Shown here: piece by piece, positions 38,235 to 53,500 of the stretch | How positions within the stretch are numbered: position 1 is the first letter of the stretch | How the letters are laid out: each line of letters begins with the position of its first letter | Assembly: GCF_009914755.1 (NCBI RefSeq) | Contig: NC_060929.1 | Length of the DNA stretch: 64,000 nucleotides | Reading direction: 5' to 3' (one strand) | From: the human T2T-CHM13v2.0 reference genome, Homo sapiens | The notes under the pieces: model-generated | Databases searched by the model: none | The model's input: only the letters and a program-made list of their open reading frames with translations | What the model was told of the DNA's origin: nothing | Made by a program: the position numbers and the translations under genes

Positions 38235-38555
38235 GAAGTAATTGTTGAATCTATAAAGAAGAGGCAAGAATGAGCTTCACTGAGATGTGAGAATCAGGCA
38301 CTAAAGTGGAAATATTAAACAAAAACTTCCAATTTAAATAAGCTTATTTGTGACTTAAGAAAAGATAACCCCTAGCTTAACAAACAGGGCTGTGAACGGT
38401 CTTCAGAATGAGAGTGATTCGAATATGATTATATTGTGAAGAATAAATTGAATAAAAATAAGAGGAAACAATTAAACTAACATAAAAATGGGTTGCCATG
38501 TAGAGCAATTAGTGATATTAAACTTGGGTAGGAAGAAAGTCATCTCTTTTTCTTA

Positions 38556-38744
38556 GACCTGTGGTTCCCAAAATGTTCTCCAAACAGTAGCATCAGCACC
38601 TCCTTAGGAACTTTTAGAAAAGAAAAATGTCTAGCTCCTCCTCGGTTTATTGAATAAGAAACTCTGGGGTTGTGGGGTAACATTCTATTTTTTAAAATTG
38701 TCTCCAGGTAGAATATTGTTGCACAATAATGTTTGAGAACGCTG
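38556..38744. mobile_element. MER5A (hAT-Charlie)
   Basis: gtggttcccaaa...gcatcagcacc...agaaactctgggg...tttgagaac. Confidence 0.8.
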
Positions 38745-41700
38745 AATTGAGGGAAAAGGAAGGACAAAGTTTGTGAGATTATAGAGACTCCCATAGGGAT
38801 AGGCTGACAGATATCATAAGCTCACAGAAATCATGCTTACCAGCCTCAATGACACCGGTGAATTTGAAGATGAGGCCAGGGATAAAGAAGACATAAACAT
38901 TTTGAGAAAATTGGTGAAATAATTCAACATCCACTCCCTCTAATGTGGGATGAATCAATCTGATGACTGGACATTAAAAATTAGTTTTAAGAGACTCTTG
39001 GTGTCTACTCTGACTTCAAAATAGCATAGTTCTTCACAGTTATGTGATTTTTTTCTAGAGCAGTTTTTAGTGACTTTGGGTAAGAGCAAAAACTGGGGGC
39101 TTTATCTTGGGGAAATATGACAAAAAAATACAGACAGTTTGAAATATAACACTAATGATTATGCCCTCTCGTCACAGTGCTCTAAATCTTGGTATCTTAA
39201 AAAACTGTGACAACTTTTGTAACCTTCAGTTTCATGAGATGGACTAATTAGTATGAGTGGTGAGGCCACATGGGATTTAGATTCTAGTTGTGAGACAGAC
39301 TAGTTGTAAAGCATGTGATTTCCTTTAGTTAAATTGCTTGTAGCTGTAAGAACTCATGACAATACTTGTTATGGTACTGTGTTATCGCTCCACTCCAGAG
39401 CCCTGAATGTGTCTCCACTGAAATTGCAAGCAATAGAGTCTTATTTGCTTCATTAAATACTGTACCAGACTGGACTTCTTTGGGAGATATGTTTATTTCC
39501 TGCAGGAAAGGCTATGAAGATATAACTTTTGAAAGCCTTATACAATATTTAAGGGACTATGTATTAGAAAGTAGACAATAACTTCTTACCTCATTGCTGT
39601 GAAATTATTTGCATGCTTCCTTATTTAATGAGTCACTAGATTCAACTTGCCTTTCAAAATCAAAATATTCCTAGAGAGTTAACAAAAGAATTTCAATAAT
39701 AAGCATTCTTCATTTTCTCTTGACATTGGTTCATGTAACAGCTTGGGGAACTTTTTCTCCTACACTTTACTAGGCAAAAAAAGTTATAAATATGAATTTT
39801 ATGTAAGCAAAGTTCAAAAATAGCTAAATCTTATTACTATGCATAACTAGATTAGAGGACTCCTGAAAACACACTTTTTTGTATTCAAATTCTACTTTCA
39901 CTGTTGTTATTGATGCCGTTTTCACAGCTGGTCTTTCAAATTCAGGGAAAAAATGAATAACTGAAGTAGTTTAGTTGATAAATTGTGCCTATTCCACTCA
40001 TTTTATTCAATCAAGAAAATATTTAGTGACAAGATGACGGCTGGTTAGTAGAATGTCAATTCATCTAAAATAAGTGAATTAAGCTGCATGTATTTAGAGC
40101 CCATGTTGGATTTCTTCATTTTCCAAACTGACATTTAATTGACATTTCCAGCATGAAAGGTAATGATTTTTTATAACAATCATATTATGATGATGATTGC
40201 TTCCACATTCAATGTGTTTCAATTTACACATGAGCAATATGAGAGTGTCCTTAGTAAATTACAGCCTCTCCACATCTGAGGTAGTTTCAGGGTCTCAATT
40301 ATTCACAAAGAACTTATCAGCTAGTGAGAAAATAGGGCTCATTTTCAAATATCTATATTTAGATCACCCAAGGATAGTGGCCATCAAAAAAAAGAGAAAG
40401 AAAATAACAAAGTTACTTATGCATATGTAAACAATAAACACACACTGTAGAATATGATTAAGTAAATAACTGATCCTGAAGGACGAGAGGAAAGTTAAGA
40501 GAAAGGCAAACAGGTAGTTTGCTAGTATAGTAAGCTTAAAACAGTTAATGCTTCCAAGGAGTTATTTTTCCAATGAATCTTAAAAATTCTTTTCACTTAT
40601 TTATTTATTTTCAATTTAACTTTCTTTTCCAAATCTTAGTTTGATTCTGGAAGTAAAATGAAGCAAAGGGAAACACCATGCTAACAGTTTCAAAAAACTC
40701 GGAGAAATAATGCTACTTAACAAAAATCTTACAATAGATTTTCATTGTCACAAATTATTCAATCGTATAGGAAAAACATAATATTGCACAAATACAGCAG
40801 AAAGCAATAACATTCTTTTGTGTTTTCTTACTTTGCTTTTATTCATAGTTGCTGAGAAAAATAATAATCTATTAAATCCATACACTTTGCAGCATTATAT
40901 GAGTTTGATTTTATACTTTTTATTTTAGCCAAAATATTTAATATCTTTATAATTATTTTTTCTTGCTTGAGAAAAAAAGTTACACAGTTACTAGAACATA
41001 TATAGCATATATGATATAATTTACCTCCAAATGTTTTACAATAGATTAAATTCTAGTCATCAACATCATTATGAGATGTTATTACATTCCAGGCTCTTTG
41101 CTAGGCACTAAGGTTATGAAAGTTAATTAAATGGTGTGGCTTACAAAGTTTTCATAGAAGTGTGGGTGATAAGCATATAAAGTATGGATGACATCAAGTC
41201 TAAGAGGCTTATTAATATGGATGGATAGAAAGGAAGGGGGGTGGTTCTGAAGGAGCTGAAAACTTTAAGAAAAAGCTTATAGGAAGTTGATATTAATTTC
41301 TATTTTCCCTCAGAATAAATTATATATTTAAAAAATGTTTGATGAATCCTTTCATGATCTACAAATCACAATTATTTTTGCAATTTCTTCCTTCATTATT
41401 TTTCAATAGTATTAATTGTATATAATGTATATACATTTGTATGCCCATGCATACATATACACATATATGTATACATTATGAATCTATACATTTTGCATCA
41501 GATGCCATCATTTTGTCTCAGATACTATCATTTTGTGTTAGGTATTATGCAAGGAACTAAAAATAGCGAATAAGGCAAAATTTTCTTCTGGATGAACCTT
41601 TTATCGAGTTACTAGCGTTCAACTGGAAATGAATACATGCCATGGGATATGCAAAACATTTAAATATGGTGTAGAAAGAAATGTTACAACTTTTATTTGC

Positions 41701-42226
41701 AAATGTTTTATATTAAAAAGGAGGAAATCGAGGGTACATACTGAGAGCAGTGTCCTCATGTAAGCCCTAGTCCAAGTGACACTTCTCATGTTCTCTGCCT
41801 CTATTACCTGGAGCCAATAGAAATCCTCATGGACAATTAACTTTGGTGCCGTTATTCTGTTGAATGCTCAAGTGTATGTGTGCCCAGTTAAATCAAACCT
41901 TGGATCATTTTTGCTCAAACTTAGCTATTAAACCAACACAAAGTTTAAAATGCCTTACATAGATTTTAGTTAAGGAACTGTGATTTGATGACACTATTTA
42001 TAAAGCAAACACAAGTGAAATAACATAAGTTTGACAGAACTGACCTTTTTCCTATTGCATAAATACTCTTGTCACCAGCCACAGAGTTCATCTGTCCCTT
42101 CATGGTAGAGGAGATTCTGTAACAATAAAAGAGAAGGGAACTGTTTTACAAAAGCAAATTGTGCTAAAAAGAGAACGTTATGTAAATAAATATTTAGACT
42201 TTTTGTTTTGGGTTGACTTTCATTAT

Positions 42227-42545
42227 TGTCACATGTTGGCTTCTCAGCAGACACTGAGATGCTGAGTTTTAGGTATAAGATAGCTATTAGGAAACAACAC
42301 CTTTGAAATGAAGCAGAAGAGGCATGATTGGGTGAAGAGAAATCAAACTGCGATTCAAAGCCTTGGCCAACTTACAGGGAGTTCTGGTGACTATTTCTCA
42401 TCGGGATTATCTTACACCTGTACAATGGCAGAATCTCAATATTCTTGTGTCACTCAGTAATCAGATGCAGGCTGACCCAGAAGAGTGGAACCTTTGGTAA
42501 GGCAGCTTCCTGCAACTGACACAGACCCTAATGGCTCATAGTAGT
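42227..42545 (-). mobile_element. ERVL LTR (LTR16-like)
   Basis: gcagacactgagatg...cacctttgaaa...gccttggccaac...gggagttctgg. Confidence 0.55.
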
Positions 42546-42594
42546 TTTTAATTAATTTTTAAAAAGACATAATAATTTTCTATTTAGTTTGTGA

Positions 42595-42923
<329 letters not shown>

Positions 42924-43734
42924 AGTTTGTGGTGTATCTTAATTGATGAGAGTTAAAAATCTAGGGCCAACTGTAGGAAGCATATCATTCTTATCGGTGA
43001 AAACAGAATTGGCAATATACCTGAAATCCATGATAGCTATGAAAAGAATTGTATGACTGAAAAATCTGTGAAACCAGATTAATAGTTTATATGGTACTGA
43101 GAAAAGAAGTAGCCCAATCAGGGTACTCAAAATAAAAAGAACATGTTTTAAATATTATAGTCCATTTTATTCAACATAATATTTACACATTTCCTCATCC
43201 ATTTGTCCTCAAAAGACTATTAAGGTTATAAGGCCAGAAACTAAATTTTATTAACACATATGTCCCAACATAACACGGTGCTTTACATACAGTATGTACT
43301 TCATAAATATACTTGGAACAAATTAAAACATGGGAATGAAGTACATTCACAAAATATGGAAGAAAAGACACATTTTGACTAATGTTTACTATTGAAATGT
43401 CACTAAAATGATACTGAAGGAAGAATAAAAAGCATAAATCCTCATGTACTAAGAAATATGAGATAACAAGAATATCAACAATTTTTGAAAACGCAAAGTA
43501 GGTTGATGCACAGAAATCAAACTAGAAAGTTCAAGAGTGAAAACTATGTGCCAGGTGGAAGAAATCAAGATTAAAAACTACTTTGATCAAGAGAAACCCA
43601 GAAAGACTCTGGAATTTGGAGTACCTAGCATGTTCACTGTAAGTACAGGTGGTGCTAAATTCATTATTATGATTTTAGGTCTCAGAGAAAACATTTGAAA
43701 GTCATCACTCCTGTCCTTAATACAAAAAAAGACA

Positions 43735-44098
<364 letters not shown>

Positions 44099-45284
44099 TT
44101 ACTTAAAGAAATGGAGCAACTGAGATCTGCTTATCTAGGGCCAAAGTTCCTGTAACTATAAACTGCTGGGTGCATGTAAATGGTAATTTAAATTAATTCT
44201 GGAGACTTGGTATGAACTGGCATGAATGAAAAATGCCTAGATTCTTATTTGTATCTTCATAGTTTCATAGGCTTCCCCTCCAGGAAGTCATAGGTTTTGA
44301 TGGGATCCAAGAAAGATCACTTCTTCTCTCTGGCATAGGAAGAAGAGTGACTATTGTGAACAGTGCCTAGTGCCTTCTCCAGAATATATGAGTAATCTCC
44401 AGGGAAAAGGGCTTTACAAGAGAGCAATTCAGAAATTTTATCCTAGCTGGGAGAATGAATCTCCTCTTCACACAAAACTTCTCCTGCTATTCTAGCTTAC
44501 CTAAGGGGGGAAGGTTAAACAAAATTACAGACAATAAGGTTCCAGACTTCAAGAAAACAGAAATAGAACATTCTTACTGGAAAAAAATAGTATGGTACAG
44601 GGGAGGGGAAAGGGAGAGCATTGACAGAATACTTGTGAAATTAAGGGAACCAAAACAAAGGTCTCTAAAAGACTGGGACTTAAAAGAATATAGAATATTT
44701 CCCCTACCATACATCTCACCACCAAACCAACAAGGCTTCAATATAACAGTGAATTACATATTTTAAAAGATTAAAGAAACAAATTCTACAAGAAGAGTAC
44801 ATATGAAAACGCAAGAGAAAAAATAAAAATATGAACACTAGAAAGATTTTAAATCCTTACCTATATCTTTAACAAGCATTAAACAGAGCAAAATCTCTGG
44901 CTAAATTTACATACCTCATCACATTATGTGTCAAATTACTTCACTTCCTGTTGTCTTGTGCAGCATGTATGGATTTCAACAATAATATCTAAGGCATAAA
45001 GAAAAACAAGAGAAAAAAACAATTTGGGAAGACAACGCCATGATGAAAACAAGACTTAGATAAGACATAGCTGTTGAAATCATGAGACAAAATATTTAAA
45101 ACAACTGAGATGAATGTTAAGGGCTGTATTAGAAAAATAGACAACATGCAATAACAGATGGATGACTTAAGCAGAGAGATGGAAAGTCTAAGGAAGAATA
45201 AAAAGAAAGTGATAGAAGTGAAAATCTCTAAGCAGAGATGAAGAATGCCTTCAATGGGCTCATCAGTAGCCTTGACAAGGCTTA

Positions 45285-45755
<471 letters not shown>

Positions 45756-47511
45756 TCAAAAATGTATTATATGCATAATGAGAAGGGAGGAAGGAGAAAG
45801 GAGGAAAGAGAAGAAAGAAATAACAAAGCAGAAGAAACATTTGAAGTGAAAATGACCAAGAAATTTTTTAAGTTAATTTCTGAAACCAAACCACAGATCG
45901 AGAAAACTCAGAGAACAGCAAGTAGGATAAGTATGAAAAAAAAGATCATATCTTCACTGCAGAAAACTAAAGATAAAAGGAAAATCTTGAAAATATTCAG
46001 AGGGTATGCAATCATCCATCTACAGAGGAAGAAGGATAAGAATCACAGCTGGCTTATTGCCATAAAGTGTGTAAATAAGAACAGAGCATAGTGAACTATT
46101 CAAAGTGTTGAAATAAACAATTTTAGAAAATAGCATTCCAGGCAAATAAATTACCTTTCAAAAGGGAAGGACAAATCAATTTTCTGAGAAAAAACGTTTG
46201 ATTGCTAGTGTATGTGTCCTAAAAAGAAAAGTAAAGAAAGAGATTATTCAGGCAGGACAAAAATAATATAGTCAGAAACTCAAATCTATATAAAGGAAGA
46301 GAGCTGACAAATATTAACAAAAGTAAAATAACATCTCTTCTTTTTCTTATTCTTAATTGATCTGAAGGATATATGTTTAGTTGAAGCAATAATGTTAACA
46401 ACGTATTGTGTGATTATGGCATGAAGATAAGTGACATGACTGACAGAAATATCACAGGGGAATATAGGGAAGAGAATACTAAAGTTTCTTATAATTCATG
46501 CACATTATTATTGTGTTTTTACTGTGTACTAAGATTTTTTTAATGTATACTATAAACTCTAAGGCAACCACTCATTTATTACAGAAGTATGATTGATGAT
46601 ACCAAAGAGAGGAAAGATAATCATATACAGTGTACATTTAAAGCTAGAGAAGGTAGTAAAAGAGGGAAAGAAAAAGAAACAAAAGACAAACACAACTAAT
46701 AAGAGGTAGTTTAGAACAAGGTAGATAATAGACCAACTATATTAATAGTCACTTTAAATGTACATATCCTAAATAGTCAAAAGAGACAGATTGTCAAACT
46801 AGGTAAAAAGAGAAACAAAAATGAGCCATATATATGCTTTCTACAGGTGAACCACTTTGAATATAAAGACTTGGGTTAAAAGTAAGAGAATCCAGAAAGA
46901 TATGCAATGCTAACACTAATAATAGGAAAGCTGAAGCAGCTATTTTTATTTAAGACATAGAAGATTACATAACAAGAAAAATTGTCAATGATAAAAACAT
47001 TGTCATATAATAGGTTATTTAGATTTTTTTAAAATAAAAATATAAAGACTTATACACCTAAAAAATTGTCAAAATTCATGAAAAAAAACTGAAAAAACCA
47101 ATATTAGACAAATCTATTAGAGAAGCAGACATCAACAACACTCTGTCAGTAATTTATAGATGAAACAGACAGAAAATCAGTAGGGATGTAGATGGGATAG
47201 ATGCACTGTTAGTCAATTTTACATAATTGATATTTACTACTTCATGTAATGACAGTGAATATATAAATTTTTCAGACTGACATGAATTGCTCATCAAGAT
47301 GGGCTCAATTATGATTCTTAGAGCACTCCTTAAATAAACATTTACAAGAATGAAAGCTATGCTTAGTATATTCTCAAACTACATAGATTTAAACTAGAAA
47401 TCAATTTGTAAATTAAGACAGCTGAAATTTCCTGAGAAACATTTGAAAAGTAAACAGTACAATGCTAAATAATCTACAGGTCAAAGAGAAGACCTTAAGA
47501 TACTTTTAAAA

Positions 47512-47813
47512 AAGTTTACGATAAACAGAAATTTATTGACTCATGCTTTTAGAGGCTGGGAAGTCCAAGATTGAAGGGACAACACCTGGCAAAGGCCTTA
47601 TTGAAACGTAATCCCACTGTGGAAGAGCAAGGATGCGGTGAGAAAGAAAACAAGAGAAGAGCTGAACTCATTCTTTTATAAAGAATCTGCTCCCACAATA
47701 ATGGCATTAATCCATTTATGAGGTCTCATCACATTTCAAAATGACTAATACTGTTATAGTAGCAATTAGATTTTCTACACATGCTTTTTGGGGTACACAT
47801 TCAAATTATAACA
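47512..47813 (-). mobile_element. MaLR LTR (MSTC/MSTD-like)
   Basis: aacagaaatttatt...gaggctgggaagtccaagattgaaggg...cacattcaaattataaca. Confidence 0.75.
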
Positions 47814-49206
47814 CACATACTGAAGAAAAAGTAGTCTACTGACTGGTTTACCAGTGTTACCAAATGTGTAAAATTATTTGTAACCGTGAATCAAAGTATA
47901 ATGATTTTAGAAAATGTTTCTGTATTTATTCTAGGAAAAAAGAGAGAGAGACAGACAGACAAATAAAAGAAAAAATGCATCTTGAAAGATTAGGACAACG
48001 AAGTTTTTGTGTGTGTTTTCCTTTATTTGAGAAAACTCCCCAGACCTGATAATTTCTTTTATTAAAGAAGGAAGAGCTACAAAGCATATGCTTTGGATGA
48101 ACTATGTCAACTTCAAATGCAGCATTTGCCCATGATGCCACAAAGCTTATTTGTAAAGTAAATGAGGGGCCTCTCTTGTCACCAAATATTCATCATCTTT
48201 TTTGCCAATTGTAATTAATTCCTCATGGATGATTTTCCCATATCTCAATGGTTCAAAACGAAGGGCATTCTTTTCTTTTTTTCTTTTTAAATATCAATGA
48301 ATACTTGCCAATGAAGTGACAGGTTTGTAAGTTCTTTGTTTATTAATGAAGAATATATTGATCTCTTAAAAAGTTTAATTGGCACAGGACCTTGAATTAA
48401 TAATTTTCATTTCAGTATTGTTCTTCATTTTAACACATTTAAAAACCTGGTATGAACTGCTTTCTCCTGTCTACTCACTGTGAAGATCACTTCTTGGGAG
48501 ATTACCAAAACAACTAAAATGTTTTTCATGCAAATTGACTAAGGGAGTAATAACCACGTTTGTTCTATATTCAAAGAGTAAGAGTATGATTATATAAATT
48601 TCAGTAACTAAGATTATGAATCCAGCTAGCTCACCAGTGGACTTGATTAAAGTGATTCTTATGGATTGAATAGTATTTTATTTGGCAAGTGAGACAAAAC
48701 AATAGATGAGTCAACTAAAATGTACTTCCTGACACTACTACTTCTTAATCAAACGTAATCGTTTGCAGAGTCATTATTCTGCAAGTGATATATTCCATGT
48801 AAGTTAATATTTAAACACAAAAATATTTCAATTGTCAAAATTTTTGACGTTTTAAAAAATAGTGTATTATGTTGACAGAGTACATAAAAGTTCTAGAAAA
48901 ATTAAAGAACAGGGTACCACCAAGGACAAAAATATAATTAAAATTAAAATATAAATATAATTAAAATTGAAATTCTATTCTCCCCATATGTAACATATTT
49001 GTCTAACAGTTTCAGACATTTGATTGAATTAGGAGATGAAGTAGGAAGTAAAATTTAGCTATTTAATAAATATATGTATTAGGTATATGTCTTGGTAACA
49101 AATGAGTCTCTTTGGAATTCCTTAGCAATTGACATATTTTAATAAGTCTTAACAGTTATTGTAAAATCAGTTTTCTCTAATTTTTTTAATCCCTTAAAAT
49201 GTATAC

Positions 49207-50278
49207 TGTTGTGGGAAGTCAGGGACCCCAAACGGAGGGACAGGCTGAAGCCATGGCAGAAGAACGTGGATTGTGAAAATTTCATGGACATTTATTAGTT
49301 CCCCAAATTAATACTTTTATAATTTCTTATGCCTGTCTTTACTGCAATCTCTAAACATAAATCGTAAAGATTTCATGGACACTTATCACTTCCCCAACCA
49401 ATACCCTTGTGATTTCCTATGCCTGTCTTTACTTTAATCTCTTAATCCTGTCAGCTGAGGAGGATGTATATCGCCTCAGGACTCTGTAATAATTGCATTA
49501 CCTGCACAAATTGTACAGCATGTGTGTTTAAGCAATATGAAATCTAGGCACCTTGAAAAAAGAACAGGATAACAGCAATTGTTCAGGGAATAAGAGAGAT
49601 AACCTTAAACTCTGACCGCCGGTGAGCTGGGTGGAACAGAGCCATGTTTTTCTTCTTTCAAAAGCAAATGGGAGAAATATAGCTGAATTATTTTTCTCAG
49701 CAAGGAACATCCCTAGGAAAGAGAATATGCGCCTGGAGGTTTAGGCTTATAAACGCCACCCCCCAGGTGTGCCCGTCGCTTATGGTCGAGACTGCAGGGG
49801 TGAAATAGACCACAGTCTCCCATAGCGTTCCCAGGCTTATTAGGAAGAGGAAATTCCGGCCTAATAAATTTTGGTCAGACGGGTTGATCTCAAAACCCTG
49901 TCTCCTGATAAGATGTTATCAATGACAATGGTGCCTGAAACTTCATTAGCAATTTTAATTTTGCCCCGGTCCTGTAGTTCTGTGATCTCGCCCTGCCTCC
50001 ACTTGCCTTGTGATATTCTATTACCTTGTAAAGTACTTGATGTCTGTGACCCACACCTATTCGCACACTCCCTCACCTTTGGAAAATCCCTAATAAAAAC
50101 TTGCTGGTTTCTGTGGCTTGTGGGGCATCACGGAACCTACTGACATGTGATGTCTCCCCCGGATGCCCAGCTTTAAAATTTCTCTCTTTTGTACTCTGTC
50201 CCTTTATTTCTCAAGCTGGCCAATGCTTAAGGAAAATAGAAAAGAACCTATGTGAATACAGGGGCAGATTCCCTGATA
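49207..50278 (+). mobile_element. MER11 solo LTR (HERV-K11/HML-8)
   Basis: tgttgtgggaagtcagggacccc...ttccctgata. Perfect 6-bp TSD gtatac at 49201-49206 and 50279-50284. TATA-like tataaa near 49748 and aataaa near 50092. Confidence 0.92.
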
Positions 50279-50972
50279 GTATACCCTTAATTAATCTAAT
50301 TTTTCTCCAGTTCACATGTCCTATAAAAGAGATGTCTGATTGTGCAGGAATAACACCTTCATAACTGCATAAACTTCATATCTCATCGTTAAAAATAATT
50401 TTATTTCTTCATAGAATATTTTGAGATAAAGGGAAAAAAACAATCATCTACAGTCCTACAACATGGAAACAATTACTATTAACATTTTGATATATTGCTT
50501 TTCAGATATTTTCCTAGGCATTGTTGTTTTGTAATCTTGTTTGCATTACAGAAAATATTATACAGAAATTAAGATTATGAGCTCAGGTTCAGAGAGAGGA
50601 GATTTAAACACAAACACAACCCCTCTTGTAGCTGAGTCTGTCCAAACTTCCTCCTCATATATATGTGAGACAGAGAGAGAGCTAGAAGTATAAAGATTTT
50701 GTCAGGGGTATGTATTTTTGAAAATATTTACTATGCATTATCAAACTAATTAAGTAATTTCCTTCACCACCAGTTGCGGGTGAGTGCCCGACTTTCTTCA
50801 GAATCTTATGCAGGTTAACGTCTTCATACCTTATTTGCATTTTAGTTGCATTGTGAAGCTATTCTTTAATACTAGATATGTATGACTTATAAAGTATTGG
50901 TTACCAGTTGTTTCATATGTGACAGATATCTCAAATAGTAGTATATATTTTCATACTGCTTAATTAGTCTTA

Positions 50973-51232
<260 letters not shown>

Positions 51233-51629
51233 AGTCACCAATTTGAGGTTATAATTTTGTCTGCTATATTTTCTACTGGTGTTTTCAAATTTTCCTTTCC
51301 TTGTTGTGGTGTCCTATTTATCTGCAGGTTATTTTCATGGTATAAGGTGCATATCTAATTTGTATTTTTTACATAAAAGCAATATTTTTCGTGCCCATTA
51401 GAGAGTACTTTCTTTACTTGTTTGTTAATTACTGTAATTGTATAATTCATTATAATTAGCAATAAAGATCTTCATTATCTTCAATCTTTCTCAGAATTTA
51501 TTCTTCCAGATAAATTTTCAAGTGTCTTAGAAAATCCTACTCAGATTTTGACTGAAATATAATGGAATTGACAACTCTATTTGTAGAAGTAATATCTGTC
51601 TCCAAATAATAAGTCTTATTTTCTGTCTC

Positions 51630-52065
51630 TGTCAAGCTGAATAATGGCTCCCAAATACACCCAAATGCCAATCCCTGCAGCCAGTGAGTATTACCTTATC
51701 TGGCAAAAGAGACTTTACTGATATGATTAAGTCTGATATTGAAGGGGATATTATCTTGGATTACCCAGGCACAATGATCCTCATAAGAGGATGTAGGAGG
51801 AAAAGGTACTGTGAGGAAGAGCAGACATTGTAGTGATGTGGTTTAAAGACGGAAGAAGAGGCCACAAATCAAGGAATACAGGTGGCTACCAGAAGAGGAA
51901 AACATAAGGAAACAGATTCTCCCCTCAGAGTCTACAGAAGGAGCTTGTCTTTTTGGAGTGATTTTAGACTTCTGATCTCCAGAACTGTAAGATAATGTAT
52001 TTGTGTTAGTTCGACTAACCAAGTTTGGGATTAATTTATTTTAACAATAATAAGAAACTGATACA
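51630..52065 (+). mobile_element. MaLR LTR (MLT1D-like)
   Basis: gaataatggctccc...ggcaaaagagacttt...acagattctcccctcagag...tccagaactgtaagataat. Confidence 0.85.
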
Positions 52066-52279
52066 TTATCCTACAGTAATACTGGTGCTCTCTTTTCATT
52101 AGCTTTTGTTTGCCTTAGCTATTGAGTAGTTTTAAGTATTGGTTTATTTTATATATGTCAAGTAAACAGCTAAAGTTGAATTTAAAATTACCGATTTGAG
52201 GTGAATACAGTCCTTTTCAATGTATTGCAATTACTGATATTGCTTATTGATTTCTATCAGCATAGTTTGAGTATGTTTC

Positions 52280-53500
52280 TGTTTAAAAGTTCTGGTGTGC
52301 ATGTTTGTTTGCCCTACACCTTCATTTGCATTGTAGTGATAAGATTTTCATCATTCCTATCTGTTGTCCTCTGCTTGTTTGAAAACTGTATATTGAACAT
52401 GTTGTTTTTGTAAATACTCATACATTTTTAACATACAAAAATATACTTACTCACAAGCTCTATAGTTATTTATAACTCTTTCCTCCTTTCAGTGAAAAAC
52501 TCAGTACAATTTAACTACACACCCCACAAGCCCTGCCTAGTTATAGCCTATTGCTTTTTCATGAACACTGTTTTCTGCATACCTCTCCTTCTTTTTGGGT
52601 TTAATTTTATTTTACTGAAAAACTTTTTTTAGTAGTTGACTTGCCATGGGTATATGTGCTGTAAATTGTCTTCACTTTTGATTGTCTGAAAATATAAGTT
52701 TACCCTTAATCTTGTCTATTCTTTAGCTGGATATAGAATTCTAGGTTGACAGTCATCTCACAATTACTAATCAAAGTGAAGACTTCTCACGGTTGCATGT
52801 TATTCTATGACATCTCGTTAGGGTCTTCTTTTACACAGTTTTTAATTTTTTTTCTCTTTTCAATATTCAGCTGTTTCCCTAGAAAATTAGTGTTTGTCTT
52901 TATTTTGATTTATTCTAATAGGCCCTCATTGAGTTTTTAGTCTTTCTTTAGTTCTGGAAAAGTCTTACTTATTGTCCCCTCAAACTTTGCTCCAAAATGC
53001 CCTTCAATCTTGACTTCTGGAATGATTTTATTGGCAACAAACTATCTATTATTTTGTCTCTTTAGCTATTTGTGCAGTATTCTGAATAAAATAATCAACA
53101 CTATCTTCCATTTAAAAAAATTTTTTTTCTGACTGAGTCATTTCTAGAATTTATCCCAAAGACTGTGATATCATTTTTAATATTCAGCAATTATAATTTT
53201 TACTTTGAACCTAATTGTTTCTTTTCTATAAATATGCTTTTGATTTATGTCTACTATTTTTATTTCACATTTTATCAATTTTATTTATGCTATATTTTAT
53301 TATCATTTTAAGGAAACAAAACAACTTATTTTAATATATTCTTGAGTTCTCTATCATTTACACATATTTTGAAGCAAGTAATAACTGAGTCTTAGTCATC
53401 TTCTTCAAGCACAATTTAGTTGTATATTCATCTTGAATGTGAGAGTTCCCTTTCTCTCTTTCTTGCTCTCCATTTCTGTGTTAATGTTTTAACTATGGCC
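52280..53500 (-). mobile_element. Old L1/HAL1 fragment
   Basis: T-rich, with gctggatatagaattctaggttgacag and agttctggaaaa motifs. Confidence 0.5.

Noticed and set aside
39500-41100. Long repeat-poor AT-rich stretch as a conserved noncoding element
   Set aside because: Conservation cannot be judged from a single sequence and no distinctive structure was seen.
49278-49440. Internal direct repeat (atttcatggaca...tatgcctgtctttact x2)
   Set aside because: An intrinsic feature of the MER11 LTR, not a novel array.
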